A stretch of 32,839 nucleotides of DNA from Myxococcota bacterium (GTDB taxonomy: Bacteria; Myxococcota; JACRCW01), in contig JBFMGU010000118.1 of NCBI GenBank assembly GCA_040752415.1, positions 1 through 32,839 on the forward strand, in the 5' to 3' direction. Positions 8,357 through 17,051 of the stretch are shown piece by piece. The notes under the pieces were generated by a model that searched no databases, was not told the origin of the DNA, and saw only the letters and a list, made by a program, of their open reading frames with translations. Every line of letters begins with the position of its first letter. Position 1 is the stretch's first letter. The translations under genes were made by a program, and so were the position numbers.

Positions 8357-10744
8357 ATGCGCACACTCCGCGCCCTCTCCGTCCTGGGAATCGGCTGGCT
8401 TGTCTCCGGCTGCCCTCCCGGCAACACACGCTACGCCTGTGAGTCCGACGCGGACTGCGTGGGCGGCTACACCTGCGTCGAGCGCGTGTGTGAGGCGCGC
8501 TGCGCATCCCACGCGGACTGCGGGGGAGGCACCTGCGCCAACGGGGTGTGCCAGCCGGGGGAGACCTCGGGCGCGTCCACGTCGTCGTCATCCGGCGCAG
8601 CCAGCTCCGCGGTGAGCGGGAGCGCATCCAGTGCGTCCGCCAGCAGCGCGTCGTCCTCGTCATCTTCCGGCGCCTCCGCGGTCAGCTCGTCTTCCAGCGG
8701 CGTGGCTTCCAGCTCGTCGGGCACGGCGGGCACCAGCTCCTCCGCCGTCGTCACCACCAGCTCGTCGGGGACCACGTCCTCCGGCTCCACGGGGTCATCC
8801 GCCAGCTCCAGCTCGACGACGAGCAGCACCTCGTCCCCGTCGAGCGCCGCGTCGTCCAGCAGCTCGTCGTCGTCGTCGTCCAGCAGCAGCTCGTCGTCGT
8901 CCAGCGGCCTGCTCCTGGACTGCGCGCTGGCGGAGGGCGCCACGTGCGCGGGCAACGTGACGCCGGTGCAACAGTCGGGAGCGCTGCGCTTCAGTGAGGA
9001 GGCCGCGCTCCTGCTCAACGGGCGCAGCGACGGAGCCCGGCTGGGGCCCGCGGCGGACTTCCTGGGCGACGGGACCGACCGGTCCTTCACGTTGGAGGGC
9101 TACTTCCTGGTCCTGCCGGAGCTGCGCGGCAACTACTGGTTCGAGAGCGCGCTGCTGGGCGCCTCCGCCGACACCAACGGGTGCTCCGGCAGCCCCGGCT
9201 CGGTGGTGGCGGTGCAGTTCACCGGCACAGCGCAGGCGCGGCTCATGTTCGCCCTGCCGCACGGGCCCGAGGACAACTGCCAGGACACCACCAGCATCAT
9301 CTCCAACGCTCTCGACCTCGGCCGCTGGTACCACTTCGCCGCCACCTACAACGCCAACGAAGCCAAGATGGCGCTCTACCTGGACGGACTGCTGGTGGGC
9401 ACTGACACCTGGGATGGCGGCGACCCCATCGAGTGGAACACCGACCTGCACCTGGGACGGGGCGGGTCCAACCGGGATTTCCACGGCGTGCTCGACGAGA
9501 TCCGCATCTCCGCCGGGGAGAAGTACACGGATGTCTTCGCGCCACCCGTCGCCCCGCTGGCCGCGGAGGGTGACACGGTGCGCCTGTTCCACTTTGACGA
9601 GGCGGGCCGCGACCCGCGCTTCTCCGGCCGCTTCCGCGACGACTCCGGCAACAACGGTCACGGCACCATCCAGGGCACGCCCGTCTTCGTGCGGGGCCTG
9701 CCCGCGCTGGACCAGGACCTGCCGCTCGCGCTCCAGGGCGGGACGCCCGGCTCCCGTCGGGGCGTGCTGCTGGAGCGCGGGACCACCAACCTCTTCCGCA
9801 ACCCCGGCTTCGAGTCGTCCGGGTTGACGGACTGGGCCGTGGGCGGCGGCATCACGGCCAGCACCACCTCGGGCCCGGGGCGCACCTTCTCCGGAACCAC
9901 CGCGGCCCTGCTCGCCAACGCGCAAGACGTCAACGGGGAGCGCACCCTGCTCGCCCCCGCCACCCCGAGCAGCGCCAAGGTCACCCTCTCCTTCCACGTC
10001 TACCGCCTGACCACGGGCAACGTGGGCGGGGTGGTCGACAACGTCGTCACGCCGGTGTTCAACGGTTTTGGCGTCACCGGCGGTTATGAGGCCATGGGCG
10101 GTGGGTGGTGGCGGGTGGTGGCCAGCGCCACGGTGGCGCAGACCGCGGGAAGCTACGGGCTCATGCTGGCGGCGGGTGAGACGGTGCTGGTGGACGCGTT
10201 TCAGCTCGAGGGCGACGTGCCCACCAGCTACGCGGATGGCGCGCTGGGCAGCGGCTACGTGGGCAGCTCCTCCGCGCACCAGCGGGCCGCTGCGGTCCTG
10301 GTCTACGACGCCACCCACATCCGCGCCAACGCCGGCACCATCCGCTTGTGGTACCAGCCGGTGTTCTCATCGTCGGAGCAGGTTGACCGCGTGGCGCCGC
10401 TGGTGACCTCCGGCGACCTCTCCCTGCGCTACCAGAGCGACAGCGGCGGCAACAGCGCGTTCGTGTTGGAGCGGGCGGGCGGCGGAAACGTGATGATGAA
10501 CGTCGAGGTCTCGCGCAACACCTGGTACCACGTGGTGGCGCGCTGGAGTGACCAGGACGGCCTGGCGCTGGCCATCAACGACAACAACAACACCGACGGC
10601 GACACCACCCCCGTGACCGTGGGCAACGTCCGCGTGGGCAGCAACGGGAACGGCACCGCCTTTGCCGACGGCATCATCAGCGGCCTGCTCATCCACGACC
10701 GCTGGCTCAACGACGACGACGTGCGGCAGCTCTACCGGCGCTAG
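8357..10744 (+). CDS. Lipoprotein with Cys-rich repeats, poly-Ser linker and LamG/ConA-like domains
   Basis: Lipobox LVSG-C19; CxSDADC...C repeats; roughly 110-aa Ser-rich linker; LamG motifs FTLEGYF, WYHFAATY, LYLDG, FHGVLDEIRIS; second LamG at the C-terminus (WYHVVARW...DGIISGLLIHDRWL). Confidence 0.85.
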   Translation: MRTLRALSVLGIGWLVSGCPPGNTRYACESDADCVGGYTCVERVCEARCASHADCGGGTCANGVCQPGETSGASTSSSSGAASSAVSGSASSASASSASSSSSSGASAVSSSSSGVASSSSGTAGTSSSAVVTTSSSGTTSSGSTGSSASSSSTTSSTSSPSSAASSSSSSSSSSSSSSSSSSGLLLDCALAEGATCAGNVTPVQQSGALRFSEEAALLLNGRSDGARLGPAADFLGDGTDRSFTLEGYFLVLPELRGNYWFESALLGASADTNGCSGSPGSVVAVQFTGTAQARLMFALPHGPEDNCQDTTSIISNALDLGRWYHFAATYNANEAKMALYLDGLLVGTDTWDGGDPIEWNTDLHLGRGGSNRDFHGVLDEIRISAGEKYTDVFAPPVAPLAAEGDTVRLFHFDEAGRDPRFSGRFRDDSGNNGHGTIQGTPVFVRGLPALDQDLPLALQGGTPGSRRGVLLERGTTNLFRNPGFESSGLTDWAVGGGITASTTSGPGRTFSGTTAALLANAQDVNGERTLLAPATPSSAKVTLSFHVYRLTTGNVGGVVDNVVTPVFNGFGVTGGYEAMGGGWWRVVASATVAQTAGSYGLMLAAGETVLVDAFQLEGDVPTSYADGALGSGYVGSSSAHQRAAAVLVYDATHIRANAGTIRLWYQPVFSSSEQVDRVAPLVTSGDLSLRYQSDSGGNSAFVLERAGGGNVMMNVEVSRNTWYHVVARWSDQDGLALAINDNNNTDGDTTPVTVGNVRVGSNGNGTAFADGIISGLLIHDRWLNDDDVRQLYRR
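8567..8905 (+). repeat. Low-complexity Ser/Thr/Ala linker-coding tract
   Basis: In-frame runs of TCG/TCC/AGC codons (SSSSS...) within the lipoprotein gene. Confidence 0.8.
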
Positions 10745-10747
10745 CCC

Positions 10748-11677
10748 TCAATCCCACTGTCGCAGCAGCTTCTCCAGCAGCGGCTCCACCGTGTCCCGCT
10801 CGCGGAGCTGGTCCAGCCAGCGTCGGGGAATCGCCTCCACGCCGTCGCGCACGCCGGCCAGCCCGCCCGCCACCGCCGCGGTGGTGTCGGTGTCCCGTCC
10901 CAGCGCCACGGCGGCGCGCACCACGCGATCATAGGACGGCTCCCGCAAGGCAAACCGCGCGCTGTGCAGGCAGTCCACCACGTAACCGGTGCCCCGCGGG
11001 ACGTGTTCCTCGTCGGGACGCACGTGCCGCTCCAGCTCTTCCGCGTGGGGACCCGCGCCACCATAGATGGCCCGCAACATCGCCACGGCGGCGCGGTAGG
11101 GGTCGGCGACGTCGTGGAGCAGGCGCCGCGCCCACAGGCAGTACAACGCGCAGCAGACCTGGGAGCGCGGATGGCCGTGCGTGGGGAGAGATTGGTGATG
11201 CGCGTCGTGCACCAGCTCCTCGTCGGTGCCGCGGTGCCACAGCGCCAGGGGAAGCACACGCATGAGCGAGCCGTTGCCGTTGTGCATCTCCTCGCGCGGC
11301 CCGGTGTGCTCCGCCGGCTTCCCCTCGCGCAGCGCGTGGATGGCCTGCGCGGTCTGGATGCCCACGTCGAAGATCCGGTTGTCGACGGCGAGGTAGCCGT
11401 GGTCGTGCCAGTTCACCAGGCGGCGGCCCAGGTCGTCGATATCGAGACGGCCGCAGTGGTTGAGGCTGGCCAGGAGGCAGAGCGCGTGCGCGCCGTCGTC
11501 GGACCAGGTGCCCGGTGGCACCCCATGGCTCGCGCGGAAGCCGGGCGGAGGCGTCATCTCGATGAGCGGCGGCGCGGGAATCTCTTCGGCCGAGTGGAAC
11601 TCGTAGGGCACGCCCAGCGCGTCACCCACGAGGAGCCCCCAGATACCGCCCGCCACGCGCTCCTTGAGACCCGGCAT
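10748..11677 (-). CDS. ADP-ribosylglycohydrolase family protein
   Basis: ATG 11677. Motifs GLLVGDALGVPYEF, GTWSDD, GNGSLMR, THGHP and GRDTDTTAAVAGGLAG. Confidence 0.92.
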   Translation of the reverse strand: MPGLKERVAGGIWGLLVGDALGVPYEFHSAEEIPAPPLIEMTPPPGFRASHGVPPGTWSDDGAHALCLLASLNHCGRLDIDDLGRRLVNWHDHGYLAVDNRIFDVGIQTAQAIHALREGKPAEHTGPREEMHNGNGSLMRVLPLALWHRGTDEELVHDAHHQSLPTHGHPRSQVCCALYCLWARRLLHDVADPYRAAVAMLRAIYGGAGPHAEELERHVRPDEEHVPRGTGYVVDCLHSARFALREPSYDRVVRAAVALGRDTDTTAAVAGGLAGVRDGVEAIPRRWLDQLRERDTVEPLLEKLLRQWD

Positions 11678-11736
11678 GGTCCGGATCCTCGTCGACGCTG
11701 GAGCCTCTTGCCAACGCCCCACGCCCGCTGGTCTCG

Positions 11737-11906
11737 AGCCAAAGCGGTATTTCAGACCGCACTCCCAGGGTGCCGGCGCGTTCTCCGTCCGGTCCATCAG
11801 CCGGCACGCGGCGCTTCCCGATGAAACACCCGCGTGCGGGCCCTGGTGGCAAACTGTTGAGCGGTGCCCGCACCCTGGGAGTGCGGCCTGCAATGCCGCT
11901 TTGGCT
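11737..11906. repeat. REP-like inverted doublet (REPIN/BIME-like), 37-bp arms with internal hairpins
   Basis: 11737-11773 and 11870-11906 are inverted repeats with 3 mismatches. Each arm is GGAGT plus a GCGGY...RCCGC hairpin plus TTTGGCT. Internal 8-bp stems at 11770-11777/11800-11807 and 11834-11841/11866-11873. Confidence 0.85.
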
Positions 11907-12045
11907 TCAAAGTCCGAGGGACGCCTGTGCCAGACGGAGGCCAAGCGGCGTGACAACCTTCAACGGGAACCGCAGTCATTCGCCCGGCCGCCAGACCCGC
12001 CACGCAGCTTTTGCCAACACCTGTGGGAGGGGGTATTCCCGCCCC

Positions 12046-13023
12046 ATGCAGCGTTTTGGGCACTACGTCCTCAAGCAGCGCCTGGGTCGGGGCGGCATGT
12101 GCGAGGTGTTCCGGGCCCGACGGGAGGACGCCCACGCCGGCACGCCCGACGTGGCGCTCAAGTTCCTGATGCCCGAGCTGCAGGGCGACCCGCGCGCCGT
12201 CGAGCTGTTCCGCAAGGAGGTGGAGATCAGCGTCCGGCTGGGCCACCCCAACGTGGTGCAGGTTTATGAGCACGGCCTCGTCGACGGCGTGGTGGCCTTC
12301 CTGGCCATGGAGCTGCTGGACGGACCCGACCTGGCCGAGCTGCAGCAGGCGGCCTTCCGCCAGGGCCTGGCCCTGGGCCTTCCGCTCAGCCTGCACATCT
12401 GCATCCAGGCGCTGCGCGGCTTGGACCACGCCCACACCCTGACCGGGCCCGGCGGCGTCCCCCTGGGCCTGGTCCACCGCGACATCAGCCCCGACAACCT
12501 GTTCTGCACCCTCGCCGGCGCGGTGAAGGTGGCCGACTTCGGCATTGCCAAGCTCAGCGCGCTGGAGGGCTTCACCGACCCGCGCTTTGGCCTCAAGGGC
12601 AAGCTGGCCTTCATGGCGCCGGAGCGGGCGCGCGGGGAGCCGGTGGACGCCCGCTCCGACCAGTTCAGCATGGGCCTCATCCTCTACGAGCTGTGCACCG
12701 GCGTGCGGCCCTACCGCTCGCAGCCGTCCGAGCCGATGGAGGCGCTGATGCGTCGGGTGGCCAGCGGCGACGTCCCGCGCGCGCGCAAGATCCACCAGGA
12801 GATCCCCAAGGGCCTGGACGCGGCCATCATGCGCGCGCTGGATCCCCGGCCCCGCGGTCGCTTCCGCAGCTGCGCGGAGTTCGCCGACGAGCTCGAGGCC
12901 ATCATGCGTCGCGAGCACCTGCCCGCCGCCAGCAATGAGCTCAAGGTGTTGATCGAGGAGCTCTACCCGGCGGGCTACCAGCGGGTGATGCCCAACGTGG
13001 CCGGCCCGGTGCCGCTGCCCTGA
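12046..13023 (+). CDS. Hanks-type Ser/Thr protein kinase, cytoplasmic, kinase domain only
   Basis: ATG 12046. LGRGGMCEVF, VALK, HRDISPDN, DFGIAK, FMAPE, DQFSMG; no TM segment. Confidence 0.92.
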   Translation: MQRFGHYVLKQRLGRGGMCEVFRARREDAHAGTPDVALKFLMPELQGDPRAVELFRKEVEISVRLGHPNVVQVYEHGLVDGVVAFLAMELLDGPDLAELQQAAFRQGLALGLPLSLHICIQALRGLDHAHTLTGPGGVPLGLVHRDISPDNLFCTLAGAVKVADFGIAKLSALEGFTDPRFGLKGKLAFMAPERARGEPVDARSDQFSMGLILYELCTGVRPYRSQPSEPMEALMRRVASGDVPRARKIHQEIPKGLDAAIMRALDPRPRGRFRSCAEFADELEAIMRREHLPAASNELKVLIEELYPAGYQRVMPNVAGPVPLP

Positions 13024-13050
13024 CCCTTCGGATCCGCAGGCAACGGTCCA

Positions 13051-13079
13051 TTGACACCCCCATGGCCCTTGCGTAGAAG
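13051..13079 (+). promoter_or_regulatory. sigma70-type promoter of the rpsP operon
   Basis: TTGACA (13051-13056), 17-bp spacer, TAGAAG (13074-13079), about 70 bp upstream of rpsP. Confidence 0.7.
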
Positions 13080-13151
13080 CGCCGGTCCCTACGCCTGGCC
13101 CGAAGCCTGGGCCTGGGGCGTGATCACATCTTCGAAGGAGTTGGAAGCATC

Positions 13152-13406
13152 ATGGCCGTGACCATTCGGCTCTCCCGGCAGGGCGCCAAGAAGCACCCGT
13201 TCTACCGCCTGATGGTGGCGGATTCCCGTCGTGGTCGTGACGGCAAGTTCCTGGAGTGGGTTGGTACGTACAACCCCGGGACCAAGCCGGAAACGCTGGA
13301 CTTCGAACTCGACCGCATCAACGAGTGGATCAAGAAGGGCGCCCAGCCCTCCGACACGGTCCGCAACCTCCTGAAACGGCACGCGGCCCGGGCCCCCAAG
13401 GCCTGA
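13152..13406 (+). CDS. rpsP: 30S ribosomal protein S16
   Basis: [26 protein letters not shown]...[14 protein letters not shown]...[16 protein letters not shown]. Confidence 0.98.
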   Translation: MAVTIRLSRQGAKKHPFYRLMVADSRRGRDGKFLEWVGTYNPGTKPETLDFELDRINEWIKKGAQPSDTVRNLLKRHAARAPKA

Positions 13407-13499
13407 CAGCCCGCAACCCAAGCTCCTCTCCAACACCATCGAGCACGGTCCCCGGGGCGGTCCTGGCCCGGTCGGCACCGTTGCATCATGGGGTATCCA

Positions 13500-13793
13500 A
13501 TGCGCTCACTGGTGGACTATCTGGCTCGGGCGTTGGTGGATGATCCGTCGCAGGTGGAGGTGACGGAGACCGGTGATGACGCCGGGAGCACCCTGCGCCT
13601 CAAGGTGGCCAAGAGCGACCTGGGCAAGGTGATTGGCAAGAAGGGTCGCACGGCGCGCGCGTTGCGCACGGTGCTCTCCGCCGCCAGCACCAAGGCCAAG
13701 AAGCGCTACGTGCTGGAGATCCTGGAGCCGCCCGCGCCGCAGGGTGCCGGTGGCGCGCCCGCGCCCAGCAGCAACGGGGCCACGGCCCAGTGA
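13500..13793 (+). CDS. khpA: KH-domain RNA-binding protein (KhpA/YlqC)
   Basis: LVDYLARALVDDP...DLGKVIGKKGRTARALRTVL, in the canonical position after rpsP; alternative start at 13488. Confidence 0.93.
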   Translation: MRSLVDYLARALVDDPSQVEVTETGDDAGSTLRLKVAKSDLGKVIGKKGRTARALRTVLSAASTKAKKRYVLEILEPPAPQGAGGAPAPSSNGATAQ

Positions 13794-14341
13794 CCACGCC
13801 GGGGGGACGGGTCCACGTGGGGCGGATTGCGCGCGCCCACGGGATCCGCGGCGGACTCAAGCTCAGCACCTTTGATCACGAGGCGCCCAGCATCCGCGTG
13901 GGCGTCTCCCTCCATTTGCTCGACGAGAACGCTCGCCCGGTGCGCACCCTGAAGGTGACCCGCGTGCAGCGCCAGCCCGACGGGTTCGTGGTGCAGGCCG
14001 AAGGGATCACCACGCGTGAGGCCGCAGAGGCGCTGGAGGGAATGCAGATCCACGTCGACGCCGAGACGTTGCCTGCGCTGCAGGAAGGTGAGTTCTGGGC
14101 CTTCGAGATGGTGGGCTGGCAGGCGGTGGATGAGAACGGGCAGGCGCTGGGAGAGATTGCCGCGGTGCAGCCGGGGCCGGCGCATGATTTCCTGACGGTG
14201 CGCACGCCGGGCGGGGATTACGACGTGCCGCTCGTCGAGGCGTTGGTGGTGCGCATGGACCGCGCGGCGCGCACGGTGGTGCTGCGCCCCCCGGAAGGCC
14301 TGCTGGACGACGTGGAGCTGAAGTCCCCGCCGGCTCGCTGA
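13790..14341 (+). CDS. rimM: 16S rRNA processing protein RimM
   Basis: VGRIARAHGIRG...TREAAEALEG...LPALQEGEFW...PPEGLLD; GTGA overlap with khpA. Confidence 0.95.
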   Translation: MTTPGGRVHVGRIARAHGIRGGLKLSTFDHEAPSIRVGVSLHLLDENARPVRTLKVTRVQRQPDGFVVQAEGITTREAAEALEGMQIHVDAETLPALQEGEFWAFEMVGWQAVDENGQALGEIAAVQPGPAHDFLTVRTPGGDYDVPLVEALVVRMDRAARTVVLRPPEGLLDDVELKSPPAR

Positions 14342-14428
14342 CACCAGACCAGGGCGCTGCGAGGATTGCTCTGCAATAGGGCTCCCGTGTTGCACGTCAG
14401 GAATCCCTGGCGTCCCTTGGAGGGGAAC

Positions 14429-15229
14429 GTGACTGACGGGACACACGACACCGGAAACGGACCCGTGCTTCCCTCGGCGGACGCCGGTCCGCGACGCTGG
14501 GGTGTTCTCGGAAGCTTCGCCTGGGCGGTGTTGAGCATCGTGCTCGCGCTCATCGCTGAGGCCATCGCCGTCGGGATCTGGGCGTTCAGGGTTGGCTATC
14601 GCTCGGCGCGGGAAGGCCGGTCGCCCGATCTGGACACGGAGTTCTTCGAGAAGCTGGCGACGAGCGGCGATGTCACATCACTCTCGCAGTTCCTTGGCAC
14701 GCCCGTCGGCCTTCTCGTCATCTGGACCGCGGTCCGACTCCGGAAGGGGTCCACCTTCCAAGAATATCTCGGATGGCGTGACCCTGGCGGCCAAGCGCTC
14801 ATCTTCTGGTCATTCGCCGCCCTCTTCTGCGCGCTCGCCACCGACGTCGTGGGTCAAGTGTTGGAAGTGGACATGGGAGGGGCGCAGCTCGTCGAGGAAG
14901 TCCAGAGCGCGGAGTGGGGCTGGATGCTCGTCGTTGCCGTGGTGGTGTTGGCCCCACTGAGCGAGGAAACCCTGTTCCGCGGGTTTCTATTCGAACCGCT
15001 GCGGGCATCCGTGGCGGGACCCGTCGCCACCGTGCTCCTGACCGCCAGCATCTGGACCTTCATTCACGTGCAGTACGACTTCCCGACCCTGTGCTCGCTC
15101 TTCCTGCTGGGCGTTCTGCTGGGAACCGCTCGCGTCCGCACGAACTCGCTCGTGGTGCCGCTGGTAATGCACGGTTGCTGGAACGCGGGGGCCTTGGCTG
15201 CGGCCTGGCTCATTGCCTCTTCGCCGTGA
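14429..15229 (+). CDS. CPBP family intramembrane metalloprotease (Abi/CAAX)
   Basis: GTG 14429 after GGAGGGG. Multi-TM protein with APLSEETLFRGFL, WTFIH and MHGCWN motifs. Confidence 0.88.
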   Translation: MTDGTHDTGNGPVLPSADAGPRRWGVLGSFAWAVLSIVLALIAEAIAVGIWAFRVGYRSAREGRSPDLDTEFFEKLATSGDVTSLSQFLGTPVGLLVIWTAVRLRKGSTFQEYLGWRDPGGQALIFWSFAALFCALATDVVGQVLEVDMGGAQLVEEVQSAEWGWMLVVAVVVLAPLSEETLFRGFLFEPLRASVAGPVATVLLTASIWTFIHVQYDFPTLCSLFLLGVLLGTARVRTNSLVVPLVMHGCWNAGALAAAWLIASSP

Positions 15230-15290
15230 TCAAGCTCTTTCTCCCAACGCGGAGCGAGTATCCCGCCATCTCCGTCGCGTCGAGACTCCT

Positions 15291-16124
15291 GTGCACATCG
15301 ACTTCCTCAGCGTCCTCCCCGAGATCTTCGAGCCCGTGATGCGCCTCGGCGTCGTCGGCCGCGCCGCCACGGAGGGACGCTTCACCTGGCGCGCCATCAA
15401 CATCCGCTCCTTCTCCACCGGTCGCCACCGCATGACCGACGAGGCGCCCTTCGGCGGCGGCGCGGGCATGGTGATGAAACCCGAGCCGCTGGTGAGCGCC
15501 ATCCGCTGGGCCAGCGCGCATGGCCCCGACGTGCCCGCCCCGCCCTGGGACGCCGTGGACACGCCCGCTCCGTCGACGCGTGAGGTGCGCGAAGGTCGCC
15601 GCGTGGTGCTCATGGACGCCGCCGGTCCACCGTTCACGCAAGAGACCGCCCGTCGCTACGCCGCCCTCGAGCACCTGGTGCTGGTGTGTGGTCGGTATGA
15701 GGGCGTGGATGAGCGGGTGCGCGCGCACGTGGATGAGCTGCTCAGCATCGGCGACTACGTGCTGACCGGTGGGGAGCTCGCCGCGCTCGTCGTCACCGAC
15801 GCCAGCGTGCGCCTGCTCCCGGGCGTGCTGGGCAACGTGGCGAGCACGCTGGAGGAGAGCCACTCCGGCGGTCTCCTCGAGTACCCGCAGTACACCCGCC
15901 CCCGCGACTTCGAGGGCGCGCTGGTCCCCGAGCTGCTGCTCAGCGGTGACCACGCGAAGATCGGTCGCTGGCGTCGTCAGCAGGCGCTGGTGCGCACGCG
16001 CGCGTTGCGTCCGGACGTCTTCTCCCGCCTCACCCTCACCGAAGAGGACCAGCGCCTCCTCGACGAGGCCGATGGCAAACCGCCGCCGCCCAGGCGCAAA
16101 CGCTCGCGCCGCAAGGCGTCGTAG
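15291..16124 (+). CDS. trmD: tRNA (guanine-N1)-methyltransferase
   Basis: GTG 15291. DEAPFGGGAGMVMKPEP, LVCGRYEGVDERV, SIGDYVLTGGE, LLEYPQYTRP, LLSGDHAKI. Confidence 0.97.
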   Translation: MHIDFLSVLPEIFEPVMRLGVVGRAATEGRFTWRAINIRSFSTGRHRMTDEAPFGGGAGMVMKPEPLVSAIRWASAHGPDVPAPPWDAVDTPAPSTREVREGRRVVLMDAAGPPFTQETARRYAALEHLVLVCGRYEGVDERVRAHVDELLSIGDYVLTGGELAALVVTDASVRLLPGVLGNVASTLEESHSGGLLEYPQYTRPRDFEGALVPELLLSGDHAKIGRWRRQQALVRTRALRPDVFSRLTLTEEDQRLLDEADGKPPPPRRKRSRRKAS

Positions 16125-16178
16125 CGGTTTTTGGGCGGGTTGGCTCGGGCGCGGGCGTGCGTGCTAGGTCAGGCGCCC

Positions 16179-17039
16179 GTGAATCTTCCCGTCCGCTCCA
16201 CGCCCCGGGCCCTGCTGCGCAGCCGGATCGTTGATCCGGAGATCGCCAGCGCCATCGACCGCAATCCCACCGCCGTCAATGAGCTGGGCTTTGACCCCTG
16301 GGGTCTGAATCCCGAGGACGCCAAGGTCTATTTCTCCGTCGCCCGGAAGATCTACAACTACTTCCGCCCGGAGATTCACGGCATTGAGCACGTGCCCGCG
16401 GGCCGCGTGCTGATCGTCCCCAACCACTCCGGGCAGATTCCGTTCGACGGCCTGGTGATCGCCGTGGCGTGCCTGCTCCACGCCAAGCCGCCGCGGTTGT
16501 GTCGCGCCATGGCGGAGCGCTGGTTCCCCACCATCCCCTTCGTCAATGAAGCGTTCAGCCGCTCCGGCGTCGTCGTGGGCGACCCGATCAACTGTCGCAA
16601 CCTGCTGGAAGCGGAGAACGCCATCCTGGTCTTCCCCGAGGGTGCGCGCGGCTCGGGCAAGGTGTTCCAGCAGCGCTACCAGCTGCGGCCCTTTGGTCGC
16701 GGGTTCATGCGCCTGGCGCTGCAGACCGACACGCCGGTGGTCCCGGTGGCGGTGGTGGGCGGCGAGGAGTCCATCGTCAGCGTGTACAACTGGAAGGGCC
16801 TGGCCAAGCTGCTGGGCACGCCCTACGTCCCCATCAGCCCGTGGCTGCCGGTGTTGGGCCCGTTGGCGTACCTGCCCATGCCGGTGAAGTTCCACGTCCA
16901 CTTCGGGGAGCCCATGCGCTTCACCGGCCCCTTCGACGACGAGGACAGCGAGATCGACAAGAAGGTCCAGAAGGTGATGGACCGCGTGCAGGGGCTCATC
17001 AACGAGGGGCGCGCCAAGCGACGCTCCCTGTTCTTCTGA
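16179..17039 (+). CDS. Lysophospholipid/glycerol acyltransferase (PlsC-like)
   Basis: NHSGQIPFD (HxxxxD-type) and VFPEG motifs, plus N-terminal GFDPWG; start uncertain (GTG 16179). Confidence 0.87.
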   Translation: MNLPVRSTPRALLRSRIVDPEIASAIDRNPTAVNELGFDPWGLNPEDAKVYFSVARKIYNYFRPEIHGIEHVPAGRVLIVPNHSGQIPFDGLVIAVACLLHAKPPRLCRAMAERWFPTIPFVNEAFSRSGVVVGDPINCRNLLEAENAILVFPEGARGSGKVFQQRYQLRPFGRGFMRLALQTDTPVVPVAVVGGEESIVSVYNWKGLAKLLGTPYVPISPWLPVLGPLAYLPMPVKFHVHFGEPMRFTGPFDDEDSEIDKKVQKVMDRVQGLINEGRAKRRSLFF

Positions 17040-17051
17040 CGGAGGCAGCGC

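Noticed and set aside
8567..8905. TCG/AGC runs as a microsatellite or contingency locus
   Set aside because: Mixed synonymous Ser codons in frame indicate protein-level low complexity rather than a pure slippage tract.
11737..11906. Autonomous IS or classical DDE-type MITE
   Set aside because: There is no transposase ORF and no flanking target-site duplication was found. The tetranucleotide-plus-hairpin architecture fits REP-like elements better.
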